Below, piece after piece: positions 1 to 8,911 of a stretch of 24,863 bases of DNA; position 1 is the stretch's first letter, and every line of letters begins with the position of its first letter. Both the position numbers and the translations under genes were made by a program. The stretch is from NCBI GenBank assembly GCA_947441875.1, contig CANEUR010000001.1, positions 1 to 24,863 of the forward strand, written 5' to 3'. The stretch comes from Rickettsiales bacterium (GTDB lineage Bacteria; Pseudomonadota; Alphaproteobacteria; Rickettsiales; UBA1997). The notes beneath the pieces are model-generated. The model was not told the DNA's origin, made no database searches, and worked only from the letters and a program-made list of their open reading frames with translations.

Positions 1-152
1 ACCGAGGTAAGACAAGAGCCATCTGGCTTTTTTTGTTTGGTAAAATTTTTGCAAAAAAAATATTTTTTAGCAATTTCACCAGCCTCATAAACAAGCTCAG
101 ATATTTGATTTATTTGCGATTTAGTTAAAATATCTGAAGTGCTACAAAACAT
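1..152 (-). CDS. cysQ: CysQ / inositol-monophosphatase family phosphatase, N-terminal part (runs off the left edge; not in ORF track)
   Basis: Manual translation from ATG at 152 gives MFCSTSDILTKSQINQISELVYEAGEIAKKYFFCKNFTKQKKPDGSCLTS. The 'EAG..I..Y...K.DGS..T' pattern is the typical N-terminus of CysQ/IMPase proteins. Starts 6 nt after the cobS-like stop. Confidence 0.7.
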   Translation of the reverse strand, partial: MFCSTSDILTKSQINQISELVYEAGEIAKKYFFCKNFTKQKKPDGSCLTS

Positions 153-158
153 AAAAAA

Positions 159-1070
159 TCAGATTTCTTCGGCAAAGATTCGTTGATAAAACTCGGCAAT
201 AATTGGCTTTTCATCGTCAATAACTTTATTATAAAAACTAAAAATAAAAGCTTGCTTTACAGAACCAAAAATAGCAATATTTCTGCCCCAAGAAATTAAG
301 GTGCGTAGAGAAATTAAAGTAGAAATATCGCCGCTTTTAAAACTTTCTCTAGTGGCATTAGCCATTTTCACCATCAGCTTGATAGTGCTAACATCTAGGT
401 TATTTTGTTTGGTTTTTTTTTGCAATACAGCAATTTCGTGTTCTGGTTTTAAATAATTTAAACAAGCCACAATGTTTAATCTATCTATTTGAGCTTGGTT
501 AATTAAATTAGTGCCATGATAAATACCTAAGTCATCGCCAGCACCCAAGGTGTTAGAAGTGGCAAAAAGACGAAAATTAGGATGAGGTGTGATAACTTCG
601 TTTTCTTCAAGCAAAGAAAATTTTCCTTCTTCTTCAAGTAATCGCTGAATCACAAAAGAAACATCAGTTTTTATTGCATCGTATTCATCTAAAACAAGAG
701 CAATACCATTTCGTAAAGCAAACGGAATAATTCCTTCTTTAAATTCGGTAATTTGTTTGCTGTTTTTAAGCTTGATTACATCTTTACCTACTAAATCGAG
801 CCTAGTAATTTGTGAATCAAAATTAATACGAAGCAACGGCCAATTTAACCTGCTTGCCACCTGCTCAATATGAGTAGATTTGCCTGTGCCGTGCATTCCT
901 TGCACCAAAACTCGCTGATTAAAAACAAAACCAGCCAAAATTGCCGAAGTAGTTGTGGGATCAAACAAATAGTTTTCATCTATTTGTGGCACAAACTCAG
1001 AAGAATCAGGCAATGAATTGACTATAAAATCAACAGAGCAACCAAAATTTTTTAAACAATCAACTACCAT
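159..1070 (-). CDS. cobS: CobS-like MoxR-family AAA+ ATPase (about 303 aa; ATG at 1070 preferred over TTG at 1109)
   Basis: Walker A GMHGTGKS, Walker B LVLDEYD, and CobS-typical 'RINFDSQITRLDLVGKD' and 'FRLFATSNTLGAGDDLGIYHGTNLINQAQIDR'. Start overlaps the der 3' end by 11 nt. Confidence 0.85.
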   Translation of the reverse strand: MVVDCLKNFGCSVDFIVNSLPDSSEFVPQIDENYLFDPTTTSAILAGFVFNQRVLVQGMHGTGKSTHIEQVASRLNWPLLRINFDSQITRLDLVGKDVIKLKNSKQITEFKEGIIPFALRNGIALVLDEYDAIKTDVSFVIQRLLEEEGKFSLLEENEVITPHPNFRLFATSNTLGAGDDLGIYHGTNLINQAQIDRLNIVACLNYLKPEHEIAVLQKKTKQNNLDVSTIKLMVKMANATRESFKSGDISTLISLRTLISWGRNIAIFGSVKQAFIFSFYNKVIDDEKPIIAEFYQRIFAEEI

Positions 1071-2445
1071 GTGTTTTTTTAGAAAAAGTTTTTTCTTTTT
1101 TATTAGCAAAAGGATTATCGCTTTTACGAATAACTAAGCGAATTGGGGTAAATTTAAGATTAAAATATTCTCTTAAAGAATTCACTAAATATTTTTGATA
1201 ATCACCCACCACGGCCTTAATATGATTGGTAAAAACAGCAATTGTTGGTGGATTAGATTTTATTTGAGTAGCATATTTTAATTTAGTGTTAATGCCTTTA
1301 TAAAGTTTTGGCTGATGATTTTTTACTGCATCTTGTAGCCAAATACAAAGCTTACTTGTGTTTAAATAAGTTTGCCACTGCACAAAAGTTTGCCAAGAAA
1401 GATCGAGTAATTTTGCCACATTATAACCATTTTTAGCTGAAATTCCTAAAATTGGAGCACCATCAATTTCGGCAAAAATTTGTTGCAACTGTTTACGCAC
1501 TTGCTTGATAAATTGTTCTTTATCTATTTGCACTGTATCAATTTTATTAATAGCAAAAATCAAAGCCCTGCCTTCTCTTAAAACCTGCCCTGCCAAAGCA
1601 ACATCTTGATGATCAAGCAAAGTATTGGCATCGATAAGCAAAATAACCACCTGTGAAAACCTGATGGCTCGATAACTATCAAGCACCGATAGCTTTTCAA
1701 GATCTTGCGAAATATTAGTTTTTTTTCTAATGCCTGCGGTATCGATAAATCGAACAGGATTGCCATTTATTTGCCAATCAACCGAGATAGAATCGCGCGT
1801 GATGCCAGCTTCAGGGCCAGTAAGAAGCCTATCTTGTTGCAAAATATGGTTTAGCAAGCTAGATTTTCCAGCATTTGGCCTGCCAATAATGGCGATTTGC
1901 AACATATTTTTTTGTTGCTCATTTTGTAAATCAGCAAAATTTTGTTCATAAGCCAAAATAAGTGGAGCCAAAAAATAATAAAGCTGATCAAAGCCGAGTT
2001 TATGTTCGGCAGAAATTGCCACTGGCTTGCCAAAACCCAATTTGTAAAATTCTTTTTCAAAAACATAATCAGAAAAACTTTCGGCCTTATTAACTATTAA
2101 TTGTGTAGGCTTATTAAGTTTGCGTAACCAATTAGCAAACATTATATCGTTTGGCAAAATGCCAACTTTTGCATCAACCAAAAATAAACAAGCATCAGCA
2201 CCAGAAATAGCAATAGAGGTTTGATTTAGCATTCTTTCTGCCAAAATTTCAGTTGCCAAATCTTGCTCTAAACCTGCGGTATCGATAACCACAAATTCGA
2301 GATCTGCAATGCTTCCTGTATGTTCTTTGCGATCTCTTGTAGTGCCAGCAATACCGCTAGTAATGGCAAAAGATTTGCCAACAAGTTTATTAAATAAAGT
2401 TGATTTTCCAACATTGGGCCTACCAATAATCGCCAAACGAAACAT
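1060..2445 (-). CDS. der: Ribosome biogenesis GTPase Der (EngA); ATG at 2445 preferred, 2460 possible
   Basis: Two tandem GTPase domains (GRPNVGKS/DTAG/NKAE and GRPNAGKS/DTAG/NKID) followed by a KH-like C-terminal domain (PPTIAVF...TPIRL). Confidence 0.97.
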   Translation of the reverse strand: MFRLAIIGRPNVGKSTLFNKLVGKSFAITSGIAGTTRDRKEHTGSIADLEFVVIDTAGLEQDLATEILAERMLNQTSIAISGADACLFLVDAKVGILPNDIMFANWLRKLNKPTQLIVNKAESFSDYVFEKEFYKLGFGKPVAISAEHKLGFDQLYYFLAPLILAYEQNFADLQNEQQKNMLQIAIIGRPNAGKSSLLNHILQQDRLLTGPEAGITRDSISVDWQINGNPVRFIDTAGIRKKTNISQDLEKLSVLDSYRAIRFSQVVILLIDANTLLDHQDVALAGQVLREGRALIFAINKIDTVQIDKEQFIKQVRKQLQQIFAEIDGAPILGISAKNGYNVAKLLDLSWQTFVQWQTYLNTSKLCIWLQDAVKNHQPKLYKGINTKLKYATQIKSNPPTIAVFTNHIKAVVGDYQKYLVNSLREYFNLKFTPIRLVIRKSDNPFANKKEKTFSKKTHGS

Positions 2446-2506
2446 AAAAAAGAAAAACATACTTGCTTTTTTAAAAAAATTCAAAAAAGCAAGTAGATGA
2501 AAAAAA

Positions 2507-3121
2507 TTAACGAGAATAAAGCTCGGTAACTAAATGAGGCTCCATTTTAATGGCATAAGGAACCAAAGCAAAAACAGGTTTTTCTTGCAATTTAATTGAA
2601 AAATTTTGTTTATCAAGCACTAAATAACTAGGAACATCGGTTTTTTGATTTTGGATACTTTCAATCACCAAGGCTAGTTGTTGTGATTTAGGCTTAACCG
2701 AAACAACATCACCAACTTTTAGCCGATAAGAAGCAATGTTAACTGATTGACCATTTACCAGAACATGTTTATGACTTACAAATTGACGGGCAGCAAAAAT
2801 AGTTGGCACAAAATTTGCTCTATAAACCACAGCATCGAGCCTTGTTTCAAGTAAAGCGATAAAGTTTTCACTCACATCGCCTCTCATTTTTTGAGCTAAT
2901 TGGAAAGTGTTAAAAAACTGCCTTTCTGAAACATTGTAATAAAATTTTAATCGTTGCTTAGCTTTAAGTTGATGACCATAATCACTAGATCTGCCTTTAG
3001 AAGCTGCCCCATGCTGACCAGGACGATAGTTACGTTTAATAAAAGAATCATTGGCATTGCCCCATAGGTTACCACCAAGTTTACGGCTAAGTTTTTTCTT
3101 AGCAGAAATTCGTTTTGTCAT
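2507..3121 (-). CDS. rpsD: 30S ribosomal protein S4
   Basis: 'YRPGQHG', 'SDYGHQLKAKQRLKFYY', 'LLETRLDAVVYR', 'ARQFVSHKHVLVNG'; 204 aa, alphaproteobacterial type. Confidence 0.98.
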   Translation of the reverse strand: MTKRISAKKKLSRKLGGNLWGNANDSFIKRNYRPGQHGAASKGRSSDYGHQLKAKQRLKFYYNVSERQFFNTFQLAQKMRGDVSENFIALLETRLDAVVYRANFVPTIFAARQFVSHKHVLVNGQSVNIASYRLKVGDVVSVKPKSQQLALVIESIQNQKTDVPSYLVLDKQNFSIKLQEKPVFALVPYAIKMEPHLVTELYSR

Positions 3122-3319
3122 ATTTTTTATGAAGATTTTAGCTAAAAAAGTTAGCTTTATTATTAAGAACCGATTATTAAAAGCGATTCAAAAAAACCAA
3201 AAAAATTGGTAAAAAATAACTTTCACTTTGATTTTTAAAGATGTTTTAAAATAATATAAAACATTGCTCTAAAAAAATTTTGCTTTTTTACAAAAACAAA
3301 AGAACTATTTTTATTAAGA

Positions 3320-3348
3320 ATTTTACAGATAATATAATTTAAAGTCAA
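3320..3348 (-). promoter_or_regulatory. Putative sigma70 promoter of rpsD (TTGACT-N17-TAAAAT)
   Basis: Minus strand reads TTGACT (3348-3343), a 17-nt spacer, then TAAAAT (3325-3320). Confidence 0.6.
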
Positions 3349-3359
3349 GCTTTTTTAGT

Positions 3360-3388
3360 TTGATTTTTAAAATTAACTTGGTTACTAT
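3360..3388 (+). promoter_or_regulatory. Putative sigma70 promoter of thyX-tatA-exoD (TTGATT-N17-TACTAT)
   Basis: TTGATT at 3360-3365, 17-nt spacer, TACTAT at 3383-3388, 30 nt upstream of the thyX ATG. Confidence 0.45.
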
Positions 3389-3418
3389 TATATTTATGAT
3401 TACATATTTTTATTTATT

Positions 3419-4363
3419 ATGACTCTCAAACCACAACAAATAAACGAAATAAACATCCTTACTCAGCAAAAAAATCAAACTTTAAGACCAGTTTCACCAG
3501 AGCTCGAAGAAATACTATATCAACCTTTTTATGCTCTTGATTATGGTTTTGTAAGAGTTGTTGATTATATGGGAAACGATTCTTCAGTAGTGCAAGCAGC
3601 GAGAGTTTCTTATGGCTCTGGCACTAAACAAATTAATGCCGATATCGCTCTTATAAATTATTTGATGGCACACAAACACACCACTCCTTTTGAAATGTGC
3701 GAACTAAAGCTACATATTAAACTACCAATTTTTATTGCTCGACAATGGGTTCGGCATCGTACTGCCAGCATAAACGAATATTCTGCTCGATACTCTATTT
3801 TAGAAGACGAATTTTATATTCCAAAATCAGAACATTTATCAGCACAATCAAAAGTTAATCATCAAGGGCGCAACTCTGAAAATGTTTTAAGCCCAGCCGA
3901 ACAGCAAGAAGTTCTTGATATTTTAATAAAAGATAGTCAACATTGCTACCAAAATTATTTACATCTAATTAATCAAAGCCCTAGTGGTGAAACAATAAAC
4001 GAAAATAAACAGGGCTTGGCTCGAGAATTAGCTAGAATGAATCTCACTTTAAACTGCTACACTCAATGGTATTGGAAAATTAATCTTCATAACCTACTGC
4101 ATTTTTTAAAATTAAGAGCCGATAGCCATGCTCAATACGAAATTAGGGTTTATGCCGAGATAATTCTTGATATTGTTAAAAAATGGGTTCCGCACTCTTA
4201 TAATGCTTTTGTAAATTATCAACAAAATTCTAAAAACTTTTCCCAAAATGCCTTGGCTGTGCTGCAAAAACTACTGCATCAACAATCGGTTTCACAAGAA
4301 ACTAGCGGTTTAAATAAAAGAGAATGGCAAGAATTGGTTGATTTTTTTAAACTTAATATATAA
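3419..4363 (+). CDS. thyX: FAD-dependent thymidylate synthase ThyX
   Basis: ThyX signature RHRxxSxxxxSxR ('[17 protein letters not shown]'), plus 'HTTPFEM', '[11 protein letters not shown]' and '[12 protein letters not shown]'. Confidence 0.97.
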   Translation: MTLKPQQINEINILTQQKNQTLRPVSPELEEILYQPFYALDYGFVRVVDYMGNDSSVVQAARVSYGSGTKQINADIALINYLMAHKHTTPFEMCELKLHIKLPIFIARQWVRHRTASINEYSARYSILEDEFYIPKSEHLSAQSKVNHQGRNSENVLSPAEQQEVLDILIKDSQHCYQNYLHLINQSPSGETINENKQGLARELARMNLTLNCYTQWYWKINLHNLLHFLKLRADSHAQYEIRVYAEIILDIVKKWVPHSYNAFVNYQQNSKNFSQNALAVLQKLLHQQSVSQETSGLNKREWQELVDFFKLNI

Positions 4364-4366
4364 TCT

Positions 4367-4534
4367 ATGTCTATAGGAACTGGTGAATTAATTTTAATTC
4401 TTGTCATTATTTTAGTTTTATTTGGGGCAGGAAAATTGCCACAAGTAATGAATGATATTGGCAAAGGCATTAAAAACCTTAAAAAAGGTCTAAACGAAAA
4501 TGAAGAAAACAATAAAAAAGATAGTGACAAATAA
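4367..4534 (+). CDS. tatA: Twin-arginine translocase subunit TatA (55 aa; not in ORF track)
   Basis: Manual translation: MSIGTGELILILVIILVLFGAGKLPQVMNDIGKGIKNLKKGLNENEENNKKDSDK. One TM helix, the FG hinge with 'KLP', and an amphipathic helix. ATG lies 3 nt after the thyX stop. Confidence 0.93.
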   Translation: MSIGTGELILILVIILVLFGAGKLPQVMNDIGKGIKNLKKGLNENEENNKKDSDK

Positions 4535-5216
4535 CGATAAACCTAAAAATAAAATCAATTTTCGGGCAATAAAAAAACTGACCAAACAGAAAGAAAATAA
4601 CGATCAAATAAGCGTAGGAGATTTTGTTTCTTCTATGGGCGAAAGTGGTTTTGGCTTACTTTTACTATTTTTTACCCTAGGCATCATCATTCCTACTCCG
4701 CCACCCTTCCCTAGCATTATTTCTATACCTTTGGTAATTTTTGGCTATCAAATGCTTATTGGCTCTCAATATCCGCTTTTACCAAAAAAAATCTCTAATT
4801 ATCAACTAAAACGCCAAACTATTGCTTTATTGGTAAGAAAATCAACCACTATCATCTACCAGGTTGAAAAAATTTTAAAACCTAGATTATCTTTTATGTT
4901 TTGTAAAATTGGCGAAAAATTTACTGGTGGCTTCATTTTATTGTTTTCAAGCTTTATTTTGCTTCCTATTCCACTTTCAAATTATGTTCCAGGCATTGGT
5001 ATTTTGCTTATTTCTTTTGGAATTTTAGCCAAAGATGGTTTTGTAATTTTGTTAGGAGTTATTGTTGGCTTTATTGGTGTTTTAATTTCTATTTATTTCT
5101 CAATGTTTATTATTTATGAAATATTACCTAAAATAATATCTTGGTTTATTATTTTTTATAGTAAAATATTATCTCACTTTTCAATGCTAAACATAGAAAA
5201 ACTATTACATAACTAA
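4500..5216 (+). CDS. exoD: ExoD-family (exopolysaccharide synthesis-like) membrane protein; start uncertain (ATG 4500 or GTG 4524)
   Basis: 'GESGFGLLLLFF..IIPTPPPF..I..PL..FGYQML.G...P.LP' and 'LPIPLSNYVPGIGILLISFGILAKDG' match the ExoD family pattern; several hydrophobic segments. Confidence 0.75.
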   Translation: MKKTIKKIVTNNDKPKNKINFRAIKKLTKQKENNDQISVGDFVSSMGESGFGLLLLFFTLGIIIPTPPPFPSIISIPLVIFGYQMLIGSQYPLLPKKISNYQLKRQTIALLVRKSTTIIYQVEKILKPRLSFMFCKIGEKFTGGFILLFSSFILLPIPLSNYVPGIGILLISFGILAKDGFVILLGVIVGFIGVLISIYFSMFIIYEILPKIISWFIIFYSKILSHFSMLNIEKLLHN

Positions 5217-5246
5217 TATAAAACTATCAGCCCCATAATGCCGTTT

Positions 5247-5666
5247 TTATAAAATTTTTTGCCATTTATCGGCTTTTTTATAAAAATGTTGCGATGCCAA
5301 TAAATTGGTTTTTTGCTGTTTTGCCATAAAAAAATGACAAACTCTAGAAAAATTAGCAATAAAAGAATTATCCAACAACTCTAAAAACAATAAAACATCA
5401 GCATTGTTCGTATTTTGTTGTAAATTCGAAAGTAAAATAGGCTGTTTTTCTAAAATAAACTGCGTATCCAAAATAGTGCAGTGAGGTAAAAATTTATTTC
5501 TAGCAAAAGACCATAAAAAGGCATCAAAATCTTGTATTTGTTGAGTGTCTGATAAAAAAAATAGGGCTTTTTTACCATCTTGCCAAATTTTATAAAGGAG
5601 CAAAGCAATAGATTTATATAAATCTTCTTCAACTTCATAAAAAATTATTTGATTATTCATAGCCAA
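5247..5666 (-). CDS. holC: DNA polymerase III chi subunit
   Basis: 139 aa; 'IIFYEV', 'DFDAFLWSFARNKFLPH' (chi signature LD..LW.....F.PH) and 'QPILL'. Confidence 0.8.
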   Translation of the reverse strand: MAMNNQIIFYEVEEDLYKSIALLLYKIWQDGKKALFFLSDTQQIQDFDAFLWSFARNKFLPHCTILDTQFILEKQPILLSNLQQNTNNADVLLFLELLDNSFIANFSRVCHFFMAKQQKTNLLASQHFYKKADKWQKIL

Positions 5667-6148
5667 TTATTAAATTCTTGCAAAACTTGCTTATAAAGAT
5701 CTTGTTTAAAATTCACAATCAAATTTATTAAACTTTTTTTATCAACCCATTGCCAATTCGAAAACTCAGGATCATGAGTTGCTAAATCTATCTGACTATC
5801 ATCACCACAAAATTTCATCAAATACCATCTCTGTTTCTGACCAATATATCTGCCATCCCAAAATTTTTTTTGTAAATTATATGGTAAATTATAGTAAAAA
5901 TAATCACTAGATTTTGAGATAATTTGAATGTTATGCATGGCAATGCCAGTTTCTTCGTAAAGCTCACGCATAACTGCTAAATCTTCTTTTTCACCATCGT
6001 CTATTCCTCCTTGAGGCATTTGCCAAGCATTAGAATGATTATCTATTCTTTTGCCAACAAAAATTTGTTTGCACTCATTGATAAGCATAATACCTACTCC
6101 TTTGCGATATAGATGATCTGGTTTTTTTTTAATGCTAATTTGCTTCAT
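5657..6148 (-). CDS. rppH: RNA pyrophosphohydrolase RppH (NudH)
   Basis: 'YRKGVGIML', 'AWQMPQGGIDDGE', Nudix box 'RELYEETG', 'GQKQRWY', 'PEFSNWQW'. SD-like AAGGAG at 6163-6158, 9 nt before the ATG. Confidence 0.95.
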   Translation of the reverse strand: MKQISIKKKPDHLYRKGVGIMLINECKQIFVGKRIDNHSNAWQMPQGGIDDGEKEDLAVMRELYEETGIAMHNIQIISKSSDYFYYNLPYNLQKKFWDGRYIGQKQRWYLMKFCGDDSQIDLATHDPEFSNWQWVDKKSLINLIVNFKQDLYKQVLQEFNNWL

Positions 6149-6193
6149 TGTAAAACACTCCTTTAAGATATTTTTTAAAAAAATATAATTTTA

Positions 6194-6222
6194 ATTTTAA
6201 CTCACTAAAAAAGTTTTAGCAA
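6194..6222 (-). promoter_or_regulatory. Putative sigma70 promoter of rppH-holC (TTGCTA-N17-TAAAAT)
   Basis: Minus strand: TTGCTA (6222-6217), 17 nt, TAAAAT (6199-6194). Confidence 0.45.
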
Positions 6223-6296
6223 TATCTTTTAATGATATCAACTAATGATAATCATATTATGGGAATGTTGCATCAGTAATTTGTTTTAATTTTTTG

Positions 6297-7406
6297 CTAG
6301 ATTTTAAATAAACTAAAAATATCGTTATAGATAGCAACAAACATTAAAAAAAATAAAAAACTCGCTCCTAATTTATTGCCAAATTCTTGTATTTTTAGTG
6401 GAATGGGTTTTTGTAAAATAATCTCTAATACATAATAAAATAGATGGCCTCCATCGAGCACTGGCACTGGTAATAAGTTCATGATTCCAAGATTTATCGA
6501 AATCAGTGCCACAAACCACAGCACCGCCACCATGCCATATTCTACTGTTTTTCCCGAATATTTAGCAATTTTTACTGGACCATTAATTTCGGCGATTGAT
6601 CGTTGCCCAAATAACAACTGTTTTACCCCTAGTAAAATAGTTGCAGATAAATCGTAAGTTTCGATTATTGCTTGCTTTAAGCTAGCTATCCACGAAAAAG
6701 TGATGGTTTTAGTTTGAGAAGATCCTATACCTACGAATCTGGCTTTATGAACTTCGTCGAAGTAATTTTTTCTTTCTTGTAAAATTGGCGAAACTATAAT
6801 GTTAATATTTTGACCATCTCTTAACACATTAAAAATCAACTGTTCTTCGATGCTGATGGTAATAAAATTAGAAATATCAGCAAAAGTTTTGGTTGGTTTT
6901 TGATTAATCGCTACAACTTGATCGTTTATTTTAAAGCCAGCCACTTCGGCAGGAGAATTTGGCATAATTCTATCAATAGTAGTGCTAGTTTGTTGCATAC
7001 CATAAATTTTAAATAACAATGCTAAAATCAAAATTGCCGATAAAAAATTTGCCACAGGCCCTGCAATAACAATGGCAATTCTTTGATAAACATTTTTATT
7101 AATAAAAGCATCTTTAGCAGATGCTATTTCAATAGAAGATGCAGAATCTGGCATAGAAGCCATATTTCGATCACCATACATTTTTACAAATCCACCAAAA
7201 GGTAATAAGCGAATTTGCCATTCAGTGCCTTTTTTATCGGTAAGGCTAAAAAGTTTTTTGCCAAAGCCAATTGAAAATTCTAGCACCCTTACCTTGCAAA
7301 GCCTTGCCACAATAAAATGCCCAAATTCGTGTAAGAAAACTATTATCGACATAATGGCAATAAACGATAAAAAATTATGTAAAATAGCCGAAATTAATGC
7401 ACTCAT
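6297..7406 (-). CDS. rseP: RIP metalloprotease RseP (site-2 protease)
   Basis: HEFGH zinc motif, 'FSIGFGK', 'IAGPVANF', one PDZ region and 'NLLPVPVLDGGH'. 4-nt overlap with the dxr stop. Confidence 0.96.
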   Translation of the reverse strand: MSALISAILHNFLSFIAIMSIIVFLHEFGHFIVARLCKVRVLEFSIGFGKKLFSLTDKKGTEWQIRLLPFGGFVKMYGDRNMASMPDSASSIEIASAKDAFINKNVYQRIAIVIAGPVANFLSAILILALLFKIYGMQQTSTTIDRIMPNSPAEVAGFKINDQVVAINQKPTKTFADISNFITISIEEQLIFNVLRDGQNINIIVSPILQERKNYFDEVHKARFVGIGSSQTKTITFSWIASLKQAIIETYDLSATILLGVKQLLFGQRSIAEINGPVKIAKYSGKTVEYGMVAVLWFVALISINLGIMNLLPVPVLDGGHLFYYVLEIILQKPIPLKIQEFGNKLGASFLFFLMFVAIYNDIFSLFKI

Positions 7407-8548
7407 AATGTGGTAATAATTTTTGTTGCCAAAGCAACAGATTGTTGATTAATTGTTAATATTTCTTCTAGAGAATTGCAGTTGCTAGGCTCGATGACAT
7501 TGAGAGTTTTTTCAATAACCACTGGTATTTGCCAGAAAGATAATTTTTCTTGCAAAAAACTTGTCACCGCCACTTCGTTGCTGGCATTTAGGGCAATTAA
7601 TATTGATTGTTGTTTATGTAAAGCTTGCCTGCATAATTTATAAGCAGGATATTGTTTTTCATCAACGGCAAAAAACTGTAAATTTGCCAATTCTAATAAA
7701 TTAAGTTTTTGTTTGGGTTGCAATACACGATTTGGAAAATTTAAAGCATAGCTAATAGGAATTTGCATATCTGGTTTACTTAACATAGCAATACTCGCTC
7801 CGTCTTGATAATTTACTACAGCATGAATAATTGATTGAGGATGAATCAAAACCTCAATTTGCTCTGGATGTAAATAACTAAACAAATAATAAGCCTCAAT
7901 TACTTCTAGCCCTTTATTAACCATTGTTGCCGAATCAACCGAGATTTTTTCACCCATTTGCCAATTAGGATGTTTTACGGCTTGCTTTTTGGTGATTTGC
8001 TTAATATCACCGTTAAAATTTAAAAAAGGCCCACCAGAAGCTGTAAGAACAATGCTTTCAACAAAACTTGGATTTTCATTAAAAATTTGCCACAAAGCAT
8101 TATGCTCAGAATCAATAGGCAATATTTTGGTGCCAAGAGATTTTGCCAAACCAGTAATTAACGAACCTGCACAAACTAGCGATTCTTTATTTGCCAAAGC
8201 AACATCATTGCCCGATTTAATAGCAGTTATGGTAGGCAAAAGCCCTGCAATACCAACAATTGCCGATATTACCAAGTTATATTTAGTTTGTAAAACATCT
8301 AAAACAGCCTGTTTTCCTGCTAATAGCTTTATATGCTTGGGCATTGCTTGTTGTAAACAGGAAAAATAATTTTCGTTTTCTATAACAATAACTTCTGGCT
8401 GAAATTCGAGAGCTTGTTGCAATAGTAATTGCCAATTATTTTGGGCAACTAAACATTTCACTAAAAAAAGCTGAGGATTTTGCCGAACCAAATTTAAAGT
8501 GCTACAACCAATAGAGCCAGTAGAACCCAAGATAGCGAGTTGTTTCAT
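7403..8548 (-). CDS. dxr: 1-deoxy-D-xylulose-5-phosphate reductoisomerase (MEP pathway)
   Basis: 'ILGSTGSIG', 'LANKESL', 'PIDSEH', 'LTASGGPF' and 'HPNWQMGEKISVDSATMVNKGLEVIEA'. Confidence 0.97.
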   Translation of the reverse strand: MKQLAILGSTGSIGCSTLNLVRQNPQLFLVKCLVAQNNWQLLLQQALEFQPEVIVIENENYFSCLQQAMPKHIKLLAGKQAVLDVLQTKYNLVISAIVGIAGLLPTITAIKSGNDVALANKESLVCAGSLITGLAKSLGTKILPIDSEHNALWQIFNENPSFVESIVLTASGGPFLNFNGDIKQITKKQAVKHPNWQMGEKISVDSATMVNKGLEVIEAYYLFSYLHPEQIEVLIHPQSIIHAVVNYQDGASIAMLSKPDMQIPISYALNFPNRVLQPKQKLNLLELANLQFFAVDEKQYPAYKLCRQALHKQQSILIALNASNEVAVTSFLQEKLSFWQIPVVIEKTLNVIEPSNCNSLEEILTINQQSVALATKIITTL

Positions 8549-8551
8549 AGA

Positions 8552-8908
8552 TTATTTTGGTTGTTTTGGATCATTTTCTTTTAGCAATTGTTCGATTTGA
8601 TTGGCATTTTTATAGGTTTCATCTAGCACAAAAATTAGCTCTGGAATGCTTTTAGAGGTGAGTTTTTGGGAAATTTGATGGCGAATTTGCGGTAAAATAT
8701 TATTGATTTTTTCAATTATATTGTGTGGATTTTTACCAAATACATCGAGAAATATTTTAGCATTTTTTAAATCTGGGCTCATGCTTACTTCTAAAATGGT
8801 GGTAATGTTGTTATTTAAAGATCCGTAACTATTGCGTAAAAAAATTTCAGCTAAAATTCTTTTAAGATTTTCGCCCATTTGTAGTTGTCTTTGTGATTTT
8901 TGTTGCAT
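8552..8908 (-). CDS. rbfA: Ribosome-binding factor A
   Basis: 118 aa; 'SQRQLQMGENLKRILAEI', 'VSMSPDLKNAKIF' and 'PELIFVLDET'. Confidence 0.9.
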   Translation of the reverse strand: MQQKSQRQLQMGENLKRILAEIFLRNSYGSLNNNITTILEVSMSPDLKNAKIFLDVFGKNPHNIIEKINNILPQIRHQISQKLTSKSIPELIFVLDETYKNANQIEQLLKENDPKQPK

Positions 8909-8911
8909 TTT

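Noticed and set aside
3235-3249. TTAA-N7-TTAA CtrA consensus in the rpsD leader
   Set aside because: An all-A/T motif expected about once by chance in this much AT-rich spacer DNA; rpsD is not an expected CtrA target.
6121-6131. Homopolymer A/T runs in genes (rppH 5' end, cobS, nhaA) as phase-variation switches
   Set aside because: Such runs are ubiquitous Lys/Phe codon strings in AT-rich DNA, all frames are intact, and the genes are housekeeping.
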